DNA from: a bacterium
GTDB lineage: Bacteria; Patescibacteriota; Patescibacteriia; UBA1558; S5-K13
Direction of reading: 5' to 3'
Assembly: GCA_035356975.1 (NCBI GenBank)
Contig: DAORGW010000002.1
Coordinates: 1 to 61,375 of the forward strand
DNA length: 61,375 bases
Shown here: positions 28,582-36,262 of the stretch, in pieces
Layout: the number at the start of each line of letters is the position of its first letter
How positions within the stretch are numbered: the stretch's first letter is position 1
The notes under the pieces: generated by a model
The model's input: only the letters and a program-made list of their open reading frames with translations
Told to the model about the DNA's origin: nothing
Databases searched by the model: none
Position numbers and translations under genes: made by a program

Positions 28582-29136
28582 TTATATTTTCATAATATCT
28601 TCCTCTTTTGCTTTTGAAATATTATCAATTTCAGTTGATTTATCCTTGGTAACTTTGTCTAATTCTTCAATAAAAGAAAATTTTTCATCCTGCGAAATTT
28701 CTTTGTCTTTTTCTTGTCTTTCTATTTCTTTTTTTATTTTTTCTCTTACTTGTCTAACTATAACTTTTGCATCTTCTCTTTTTTCGTTTAAAATTTTTAT
28801 TGTCTGCTTCCTTTTTTCTTCGGTTAGGGCTGGAATCTTTGCTCTTACAATATTTCCAGTAACAGAAACACTTAAATCTAAATTTGCAGATGATAATGCT
28901 TTTTCAATCTCTTTTGTAACTGTTTTATCCCATGGCTCAACCTGCAATAATGAAGGCTCTGGTATTGAAATTGAGGCGACTTGTTTAAGTGGAGTCTTAA
29001 CCCCATAGCACTCTACTAGAACTTCTTCTATCATTGAGGGATGCGCTCTTCCGGCTTTTAATTTTTCAACATCTTCTTGAAAATGTTTTATCGCCTTATT
29101 AAAGTCTCCATTAAAAGATTCTATAAATTGTGACAT
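28582..29136 (-). CDS. frr: ribosome recycling factor
   Basis: 184 aa; GRAHPSMIEEVLVECYG and LTEEKRKQ motifs typical of RRF. Confidence 0.93.
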   Translation of the reverse strand: MSQFIESFNGDFNKAIKHFQEDVEKLKAGRAHPSMIEEVLVECYGVKTPLKQVASISIPEPSLLQVEPWDKTVTKEIEKALSSANLDLSVSVTGNIVRAKIPALTEEKRKQTIKILNEKREDAKVIVRQVREKIKKEIERQEKDKEISQDEKFSFIEELDKVTKDKSTEIDNISKAKEEDIMKI

Positions 29137-29165
29137 AAATATTTTTAATTAATTATTATAAATTA

Positions 29166-30239
29166 TTAATCCATTAATTTAACTGCCATAAAAATACTAT
29201 CTTGATTTACGGAGTCAACCAACATATCAATTGGAGCTTGTTTTGTTGGAAGAGTTTTAGTAATCCAAGTATTTCCTCCATCTAAGGTTTTATAAATTTT
29301 ATTTGGAATTGTATAATAAATTTCATTTGAATTTTTTGGGTTAGAGGCAATCGAATAAATAGTTACAGAACTTGGTTTTGTAAGAAGCTTTAAAACACTC
29401 CACGTTTCTCCTCCATCCTTTGAATAAAAAATACCATACTTATTGGCATAAAAAAATGCATCTTCTTTTGACAAATCAAATTCGAAATCTTTATAAACGC
29501 CTACATTTGAATTACTTTTCTTATCTCCTAAATCTATCTTATCGGTAATATTAAACCAATCAATTCCTCCATTTTCTGTTTTAAATATGCCGTCTTTTTC
29601 AGTACACACATAAATTTTATCTGAATTTTTTGGATTCATTGTAGCTTTTACAATAGTCTCATCATCAAAGCTTTTTATCATTTTCCAAGAAATACCAAAA
29701 TCATCACTTTTATAAAATCTTCCATCTGTTGTTGCTAAATATATTTTATTATTATTTATATAATCAACTAAAACAGATTTAACTATTTTATTATTTCCAT
29801 CAGTATAAATTTGTCTCCAATTTCTTCCACAATCCTCTGTTTTGTAAATTTTAGTACTTACAGCACCATACATAGTACATCTATATTTATTATCAATTGC
29901 AATGTCATTTATAGCACCCTTTCCAAAAAGTGTTTTTTGCCAACCAGCACCACCATCAAAAGAATATAATAAACCATCTTGTAATGTTCCTAAATAAATC
30001 GCCTTTGGGTCATTTTGATCTTGTTTTATAAATGTAGATTGAGCTGTTTTAAAAAATGATCTATTTGGGCCAACGTTCAAATATTCAACTTTTTGTACCC
30101 AAGTTGCCCCCCTATCATAGCTTATATAAACACCAGAATCATCAATCTTTTTCTTCCCAAGTCCTCCTATTTGCAATGAACATCCGGTTAAAACAAAGCA
30201 AAATAAAATAACTAATAAAATTTTTATTTTTGTGTTCAT
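29166..30239 (-). CDS. lipoprotein with seven BNR/Asp-box (SxDxGxTW) repeats, predicted beta-propeller
   Basis: Lipobox LTGC at residues 17-20. Repeats: SYDRGATW, SFDGGAGW, TEDCGRNW, SDDFGISW, TENGGIDW, SKDGGETW, TLDGGNTW. Confidence 0.75.
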   Translation of the reverse strand: MNTKIKILLVILFCFVLTGCSLQIGGLGKKKIDDSGVYISYDRGATWVQKVEYLNVGPNRSFFKTAQSTFIKQDQNDPKAIYLGTLQDGLLYSFDGGAGWQKTLFGKGAINDIAIDNKYRCTMYGAVSTKIYKTEDCGRNWRQIYTDGNNKIVKSVLVDYINNNKIYLATTDGRFYKSDDFGISWKMIKSFDDETIVKATMNPKNSDKIYVCTEKDGIFKTENGGIDWFNITDKIDLGDKKSNSNVGVYKDFEFDLSKEDAFFYANKYGIFYSKDGGETWSVLKLLTKPSSVTIYSIASNPKNSNEIYYTIPNKIYKTLDGGNTWITKTLPTKQAPIDMLVDSVNQDSIFMAVKLMD

Positions 30240-30316
30240 AGATTTAAATTATAAAATTGTAAAGTTATTGGTTATAAAGATTCTCTTCGCTTTATAACTT
30301 TTAACTTTCAACTACC

Positions 30317-31321
30317 TTATATTAATAATAAATTTTCAAAAATTAATCTTGGATTTACGTTTTCAAAAATAATATTTCTTGACTTATTTGCAAAATCATA
30401 AAATTCCAATAATTTTTCTATCTTATATTTTTCTGAAATAACCTTTATATCTTCTTCTAAAAAGGGGTGGATTAATTCAGTATGCTTATCTGTTTTAAAA
30501 ACACAAAGATCTCTTGCAATTCTCATAAAATCAATAAGGGTTTTTGAGAGTGCGCTATATGAATCCTGAGTTCTTGATTTATCTACAATATTTTCAATCC
30601 ATTTAAATTTTTCATTTATTGAAGATTGCATTATTTCAATTATCTCTCCTAAATCCTTTTTTCTTTTCTCCCATTCTTTTGGATTTTTTAAATATGCCAT
30701 CGCTACTCCAGGCGCTCCACCCGAAAATTTTGATAATTCCTGTGCTAAATTCTTGTCAGCGCCGCCATCAATTAAATAATCATAAATTTCTTTTTGTTTT
30801 ACGCCACCAAAAATAATATTCTGCGATCTGGATTTTATTGTTGGTAAAATTCTATCAGCATCGCAAGCTATTAGAATTATAAAAGAATTTCTTGGTGGCT
30901 CTTCGATAATTTTTAAAAGTGCATTTGATGATTCAGGATTTAACCTATCTGCATCATTTATAATTCCTATTTTAAATTCGGATCTAAGTGGAGTTAAGGA
31001 AAATTTTTCCCTAAAATCTCTTATTTGTTCAATGGAAATATTTTTCTTTCCCTCTTCAAGTGAAACAGAAATTAAATCTGGATGAGTGAAATTTTTTATC
31101 TCTAAACAATCATTACATTTATTACATGGAATATTTTCTTCACTTTTACAAAAAATAGAACTAACAAAATATCTTGCAACTGTTTTTTTACCAACATCTT
31201 CTGCTCCCGAAAAAAGATAAGTATTTAAAAAATTTCTAGTACTTACAATTTTTTGTAGATATTTAATTATATTCGCATGTCCTAATATATTCCAGTTATA
31301 CAAAAATTTATCTTCTTTCAT
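30317..31321 (-). CDS. holB: DNA polymerase III delta-prime subunit
   Basis: AAA+ clamp-loader fold: GAEDVGKKT P-loop, zinc module CNKCNDC, IINDADRL, SRSQ sensor. Confidence 0.8.
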   Translation of the reverse strand: MKEDKFLYNWNILGHANIIKYLQKIVSTRNFLNTYLFSGAEDVGKKTVARYFVSSIFCKSEENIPCNKCNDCLEIKNFTHPDLISVSLEEGKKNISIEQIRDFREKFSLTPLRSEFKIGIINDADRLNPESSNALLKIIEEPPRNSFIILIACDADRILPTIKSRSQNIIFGGVKQKEIYDYLIDGGADKNLAQELSKFSGGAPGVAMAYLKNPKEWEKRKKDLGEIIEIMQSSINEKFKWIENIVDKSRTQDSYSALSKTLIDFMRIARDLCVFKTDKHTELIHPFLEEDIKVISEKYKIEKLLEFYDFANKSRNIIFENVNPRLIFENLLLI

Positions 31322-31388
31322 GTTTTAGAAGCTTTATATTTATATAAGTTAAGAATATCAAATTTTGAAGCTTTATTCAATGTAAATT

Positions 31389-31417
31389 AACCTGCGAGGT
31401 TGCCAACCTGCGAGGTT
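31389..31417. repeat. tandem GC-rich near-palindromic repeat AACCTGCGAGGT x2 (16-nt period)
   Basis: Exact 12-mers at 31389-31400 and 31405-31416. The 29-nt block matches 40819-40847 at 27/29 positions. Confidence 0.9.
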
Positions 31418-31438
31418 GTAGTTATCCACAACTCACTA

Positions 31439-31466
31439 TTGACAAATTCTATGGATATGATATAGT
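31439..31466 (+). promoter_or_regulatory. sigma70-type promoter (TTGACA 31439-44, 16-nt spacer, TATAGT 31461-66) for the candidate large RNA
   Basis: Hexamers read directly; no ORF downstream. Confidence 0.6.
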
Positions 31467-31472
31467 TATTTG

Positions 31473-32472
31473 TTAATCTAAATGTAATTTGACAATTAAA
31501 TAACAGACAAATCCTGAAAAGGGCAGAATTATGCAGAAGATATGCAAGATAAATATTCAAGACAAACAGCTAAAAACTTCATAGAAACAGCTTAAAATAT
31601 ATGAAATTCATCTTCTTCTACATAATTCTGCCCTAAACTTGCTAGCTTTCCTTTCATGAGGAAAAATAAAAACTAGCATGGCTTTTGGAGGACCGATGGA
31701 CTAGCATGTCTGTCGTCAAATCCGGCCCTAAACTGAGTCAAACGGCCGGTACCGGATCGTAGAAAAATTTCTGAGTATAAACGAGGCGGGATTCATTTCT
31801 CTTCTCACATGAAATCCAAATTCCCCTAACCTATTGGAGGAAGGATGATCACCCTGAGACGCCTGCGGCAACAAACTCCAAAAAAACCAAAAGTCATGGA
31901 GGTTGTGGCCAATTCTGGATTTTACTAAGGTAATGCGGGAATTACCCGTTCTTGCCTGTTGCGCTTGCCGAGCGCTTTATAAATAGGCAAACTAGCGGGA
32001 CACGTGGTCGGAAAAACCCAGCACAGCATACCCACACACTACCCATGGGTACTGTAGGGTGAAGCACTGGTTTAAAACCGACTCAGGCAACACGCCACTC
32101 CCGCCCCTGAAAAAAGGCTCCCCACCCAGACAAGGAGCCCACGTGAAAAATCACGTGCAAAAAGTACTGGAAATTGATCTCTTCTCCATTTGCGGGAAAT
32201 TCTACCGCGGAAGATAATCCCGCGCCGGAACACAAGGAGTTGAGATCACCAGTGGTGGAGGCGCTCTTTTTAGCGAAAAGCTAAAAACTGCCTGGTATAA
32301 CATTATGGAGATTAATCTCCGGTTTACTACCTAGCTAAATTGAGCCCCTTCCCCACGGTAAAATATATCCAGCGCCTCCCCGCCTTCAAAAGAGTAAGAG
32401 ATAAACATCGCTCATTGGAGGTGCCGGATCATTTTTTAAACCAACCTAATCCAAGGCTGGTTTTCTTTTTTA
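31473..32472 (+). ncRNA. candidate large (about 1 kb) structured non-coding RNA, class unknown; ends approximate
   Basis: No ORF of 60 aa or more in six frames; G+C far above the flanks; promoter upstream; terminator at 32438-32472; numerous readable helices including 13-bp and 9-bp long-range pairings. Confidence 0.55.
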
Positions 32473-32482
32473 TTTAAAGCCC

Positions 32483-32511
32483 TTGACAAAATTAAAATAA
32501 AAGTTTAATAT
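32483..32511 (+). promoter_or_regulatory. sigma70-type promoter (TTGACA 32483-88, 17-nt spacer, TAATAT 32506-11) for the small RNA
   Basis: Consensus hexamers at optimal spacing, immediately after the upstream terminator. Confidence 0.6.
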
Positions 32512-32518
32512 CTACATT

Positions 32519-32666
32519 AAGGACTGTGCCCGTGGTCCCAGGGCAATTTAGGGACAAATGGATGATTGATTTTAAACATCAAACATCTGGAGCGAAGACT
32601 CAGACGAGATAAAGAGAAAATAGCATACTTGGTAGTAAATACTATTTTCTCTCTCGTCTTTTTTTA
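32519..32666 (+). ncRNA. candidate small RNA (about 150 nt), class unknown
   Basis: Promoter-to-terminator unit without an ORF or a downstream same-strand gene; 17-bp terminator stem (32603-23 / 32642-58) plus T7; 5' domain capable of forming a pseudoknot. Confidence 0.5.
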
Positions 32667-32671
32667 TTTAC

Positions 32672-32693
32672 AAAAAATCAGCATATAGCTGAT
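32672..32693 (-). terminator. intrinsic terminator of rnhA
   Basis: Stem atcagc (32677-82) / gctgat (32688-93) with a minus-strand T-run (A-run 32672-76). Confidence 0.65.
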
Positions 32694-32718
32694 TATAAAT
32701 TTTCTTAAATCTCAAATC

Positions 32719-33111
32719 TTAATCCTCATTAAGCGCCTGATTTACTAACTTATCCGCATAAAAATTTTGTTCACGAATAACGTGGGTAAATGTAATCTTT
32801 TGAAATTCCTGTTTCATATTCCACACACGAACAAAAAGAACCGCCAAATCTTTATCTTTTACTTTAAATTCTCTATTAACTTGCTTTACAACTAATTCAC
32901 TATCCAAAAAACACTCTAATTCTTTTATTTCTAAATCTTTGGCTATTTCTAGACCTTTTATAAGCGCTCGATACTCTGCCTGATTATTTGTAGTTATTCC
33001 AATACATTCATTAAATTGTTTTATAATTTTATTTCCATCATAAATAACTCCACCTATCGCACTAGGCCCTGGATTACCACGAGAACCACCGTCTGTATAT
33101 AACTTATACAT
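32719..33111 (-). CDS. rnhA: ribonuclease HI
   Basis: LYTDGGSRGNPGPSAIGGVI, NNQAEYRALI and DSELVVKQ motifs carrying the DEDD catalytic residues. Confidence 0.9.
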   Translation of the reverse strand: MYKLYTDGGSRGNPGPSAIGGVIYDGNKIIKQFNECIGITTNNQAEYRALIKGLEIAKDLEIKELECFLDSELVVKQVNREFKVKDKDLAVLFVRVWNMKQEFQKITFTHVIREQNFYADKLVNQALNED

Positions 33112-33137
33112 ATTTTTATTTAATTTAAAAACAAATT

Positions 33138-34850
33138 CTAAACCCCAATTCCCATATCCGAAATATATATTTCTATATTTCTATTTCCATTCCACTCGTT
33201 TATACCAATATTTACCACTAAATCTATTTTATCTCCAATTTTCAAATTTGAAAACTTGTTTGCAAATCCAAATCCAACCGCTCTTTTTATTATTCCATCT
33301 TGTTCTAATGTAATTCTTAAATGTGATTTATCAGAACCTATTGTTGATATTTCTTTTACAATACAATTTTTTAATAAAAATTTTGGTTCTGGATTCTCCA
33401 TTCCAAATGGTTCAAATTTTTCTAGCCAGTCACATAAATTCCAATCAATATCGGATAAATTAATTTCTGACTCAACTTTTAGAGACGGGCTCAATTCAAT
33501 GCCTTGTAATTTTTTTTCTAATTCATTTTTTATAACATTTTGAACAAATTCTAAATTTTCCTCTGGAATAGAAAATCCTGCCGCTGATTTATGTCCACCA
33601 AATCTAATCAATTTGTCACTAAATTTTAAAATTATTTCCATTATATCAATTTCATCAATTGAGCGGCAAGAACAAACCCAATATTTACCATCATATCCCA
33701 AAACAAAACTTGGCCTGTAATATTCCTGAGATAATTTTCCGGCTACCAGTCCTATAATTCCTAAATTCCATTTTTCATTTTTTACAAAAATAAACTTTGT
33801 ATTTTCATCAACGCAATCAATCTGACTCTTTGCATCCTGCACAATTTTATTTGTTAAATCCTGTCTTTTTGTATTACTTATATTTAATTCTTTTGCAATT
33901 TTTATTGCTGTTTCTAAATTATTTGTTTTTAATAATTCAAATGCGTTATTTGCGTGATCCATACGACCTGCAGAATTAAGCCTTGGACCAATTTGAAAAC
34001 CAATTGTTGTGCTATTTATTTTATCAACATTTGTTCCTGCAATTTCATAAAGTTGTTGCAATCCCAACCTCTGAGTTTTTCGCAAAACTATAAGCCCATA
34101 TTTTACCAGAGTTCTATTTTCTCCAATTAAAGGAACCATGTCAGTAACAGAACCAATTGCAACTAAATCCAGTAGCCATTTTAAACTTTTTTCACGCTCA
34201 GTTTCATCTTTATTAAAAAATTCACTTTTTATAATTCCTGATGCGAGCTTATATGTAACACCCACTCCAGCTAAATTTTTACTTGGATAATTTTCTCTCT
34301 TAAGTCCAGGATGAATTATAGCAAATGCATTTGGTAATTTTTCCGGTTCTTTGTGATGATCCGTTATAATTACATCGACCCCATAATTATTAAAAAGCTC
34401 TACTTCATCAAAATTACTTATTCCACAATCACAAGTAACAACTAAATTAAATTTTCTATCAATAATTTCCTTTACAGCAGATTCATTTAACCCATATCCC
34501 TCTGTTTCTCGCTGTGGAATATAAACTTCTGGATGAAGTCCAATTTGAGTAAAAATATCATACAAAAGCGTAGAACTTGTCACGCCATCAGCATCATAAT
34601 CTCCATAAATTAGAACTTTTTCATTTTTCTCCACTGCCTCAAATATTCTTTTAACAGCACGCTCCATATCAATTAAAACATATGGATCACAAATATCAGA
34701 AATAAAATCAGCATTAAAAAATTCATCAATTTGTTCTTGAGTTTTGATCCCTCTGTTATGAAGTAATTGCAAAATTACCGGACTTAAATCCGGAAATTCT
34801 TTTATTAAATCATCAAGAATACTCTCTGCTAATTTCCACTTTTTTGACAT
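33138..34850 (-). CDS. recJ: single-stranded-DNA-specific exonuclease RecJ (start taken at MSKKWKL, not ORF-track 34940)
   Basis: DHH family motifs: GDYDADGVTS, VTCDCGISN, ITDHH, GGHKSAAG. Confidence 0.92.
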   Translation of the reverse strand: MSKKWKLAESILDDLIKEFPDLSPVILQLLHNRGIKTQEQIDEFFNADFISDICDPYVLIDMERAVKRIFEAVEKNEKVLIYGDYDADGVTSSTLLYDIFTQIGLHPEVYIPQRETEGYGLNESAVKEIIDRKFNLVVTCDCGISNFDEVELFNNYGVDVIITDHHKEPEKLPNAFAIIHPGLKRENYPSKNLAGVGVTYKLASGIIKSEFFNKDETEREKSLKWLLDLVAIGSVTDMVPLIGENRTLVKYGLIVLRKTQRLGLQQLYEIAGTNVDKINSTTIGFQIGPRLNSAGRMDHANNAFELLKTNNLETAIKIAKELNISNTKRQDLTNKIVQDAKSQIDCVDENTKFIFVKNEKWNLGIIGLVAGKLSQEYYRPSFVLGYDGKYWVCSCRSIDEIDIMEIILKFSDKLIRFGGHKSAAGFSIPEENLEFVQNVIKNELEKKLQGIELSPSLKVESEINLSDIDWNLCDWLEKFEPFGMENPEPKFLLKNCIVKEISTIGSDKSHLRITLEQDGIIKRAVGFGFANKFSNLKIGDKIDLVVNIGINEWNGNRNIEIYISDMGIGV

Positions 34851-35013
34851 AATTTTTCTTTTCATTATATAAGGATTATAAAGGAAATAAAGAAAATAGG
34901 CAAAAGCATTAAATAACTTTATATTTTTATATATTGACAAAAAATATAATATATGATAATATACTCCATTCCAACAAAAAAATTAGAAATTTTTAAACAT
35001 CATGGGGGAAAAC

Positions 35014-35184
35014 ATGAAAAAATTAAACAGTATCAAAGTAAAATTGGTATTGGTAATTGTAGCGATTATGCTATCAATAGTGGGAACTCTTTTGAAACGA
35101 TATTTAAATATGCAGGTAGTGCCCGCTCTACTCTTCTCTATTTCTATTATAATAAGCATAATAGCTATTATACAAAAAGCATAA
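35014..35184 (+). CDS. small membrane protein (56 aa; alternative start 35002)
   Basis: Promoter TTGACA-N17-TAATAT at about 34926-34954, SD GGGGGA before the ATG at 35014, two hydrophobic helices, terminator after the stop. Confidence 0.55.
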   Translation: MKKLNSIKVKLVLVIVAIMLSIVGTLLKRYLNMQVVPALLFSISIIISIIAIIQKA

Positions 35185-35205
35185 TGGCGTAAAAATATTA
35201 TAAAA

Positions 35206-35237
35206 AAGAAAAACTCTCTTCGGAGAGTTTTTTTATA
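35206..35237. terminator. bidirectional intrinsic terminator (UUCG loop)
   Basis: aaactctc-ttcg-gagagttt (35211-30) flanked by an A-run and a T-run. Confidence 0.8.
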
Positions 35238-35263
35238 ATTTCCTAAAAACTGATAACTGAAAG

Positions 35264-35485
35264 CTAAGAGCCAATTTTAATTGCGCCATCAGGACAAATT
35301 CTCTCGCAAATCTTACATTGAATACATTTTGAAATATCGCATTTAATGGTGTCATTTCCATATACTCCTCGTTCGCTGTCTTTAAATTCTAAACATTTCT
35401 TTGGACAAAATTCTATACAAAGCCCACAACCCTTGCAATATTTAGGATGATTTATAAAAGATTTTTCTCCTTCTTTGTATTGCAT
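35264..35485 (-). CDS. 2x[4Fe-4S] ferredoxin
   Basis: Two cluster motifs, CKGCGLCIEFCP and CIQCKICERICP. Confidence 0.9.
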   Translation of the reverse strand: MQYKEGEKSFINHPKYCKGCGLCIEFCPKKCLEFKDSERGVYGNDTIKCDISKCIQCKICERICPDGAIKIGS

Positions 35486-35490
35486 AATTA

Positions 35491-36261
35491 TTATAAATTA
35501 ATAATTATAATACTTTGATCTTTATCTAATTTTACTTTATATGATCTTTTAAGTGGCATTAATTCTATTACTTCAGCTTCTCCATTTTTTGTTTTAACTC
35601 TATCTCCTATTTCTGGCATTCCAGTTAATAATTCCTTATAAGCGTCTTCTTCATAAGCAAGGCAACATTTTAATCTTCCACACATTCCAGATAATTTTTC
35701 AAGTCCTCGATGAGCAACTTGCTGATCTCTTGCAAAACTTGTATTTATACTTTCTAATGTTTTTAAAAATCTTTTACAACACAAAACCTGACCACACTCT
35801 CCAATATCACCGAAAGATTTTGCCTCATCTCTAACTCCAATCTGATATAATCTAATTTTTTTCTTATACTTTTTAGAAATATTTTTTACTAACTCCCTGA
35901 AATCAACCCTTCCATCAGCAACAAAAGAAAAAACCATCATTGAATTATCGAGTGATATATGTAAATCAACGAGCTTCATTTCAAGTTCTTGTTTTTTAAT
36001 AAGATTTTTTACGTCTTTGAGAATTTTATCATTATTTATATTATTTTTTTTGAATTGAGATAGGTCTTTATCATTAACAAGTCTTATAACTTCACCCAAT
36101 CCCTGTGTTTCATTAGATTCTTTTATTTCAACTATTTCTGCAATATCGTTTACCTCCATGTGCTCCACAACGACTTTATCTCCAATAGAAAAATTTTCTT
36201 CTTTTAATAAAAAAAAGTTTGTAGAGTCCCATGAAACAAATTTTGCACCAAATATTTTCAT
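35491..36261 (-). CDS. PSP1 domain protein (RicT/YaaT-like)
   Basis: Cys-rich core GECGQVLCCKRFL...GMCGRLKCCLAYE typical of PSP1 C-terminal domain proteins. Confidence 0.8.
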   Translation of the reverse strand: MKIFGAKFVSWDSTNFFLLKEENFSIGDKVVVEHMEVNDIAEIVEIKESNETQGLGEVIRLVNDKDLSQFKKNNINNDKILKDVKNLIKKQELEMKLVDLHISLDNSMMVFSFVADGRVDFRELVKNISKKYKKKIRLYQIGVRDEAKSFGDIGECGQVLCCKRFLKTLESINTSFARDQQVAHRGLEKLSGMCGRLKCCLAYEEDAYKELLTGMPEIGDRVKTKNGEAEVIELMPLKRSYKVKLDKDQSIIIINL

Positions 36262-36262
36262 A

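Noticed and set aside
31389-31417. Possible CRISPR array or leader, given the regularly spaced repeats
   Set aside because: There are only two to three 12-nt units at a 16-nt period, so repeats and spacers are far too short. No cas genes are present in the window.
31845-31928. 27-codon ORF (MITLRRLRQQTPKKPKVMEVVANSGFY) behind a GGAGG inside the large RNA, and a 17-codon ORF at 31531..31584
   Set aside because: They are too short and unsupported. The start codon of the 17-codon ORF is buried in a 13-bp stem, and the surrounding 1 kb would remain unexplained. They are kept only as a caveat in the findings.
31473-32472. Assignment of the 1-kb RNA to tmRNA, SRP RNA, 6S RNA, rRNA fragments or a group I/II intron
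   Set aside because: I looked for a tRNA-like end (GGTTCGA...CCA), the SRP domain IV motif (GGTCCGGAAGGAAGCAGC), a group II 5' GTGYG with a domain V hairpin, and flanking split exons. None was found, and its size of about 1 kb does not fit 6S, SRP or tmRNA. Only a covariance-model search can settle identity with GOLLD, ROOL or OLE.
34851-34940. N-terminal extensions of ORF-track models: recJ 34851-34940, flavodoxin 54548-54625, lepA 6409-6426, GT 15509-15544, family gene C 49718-49840
   Set aside because: The extensions encode low-complexity hydrophobic or aromatic peptides that are absent from the conserved families. Internal ATGs coincide with conserved N-termini or with the conserved upstream module.
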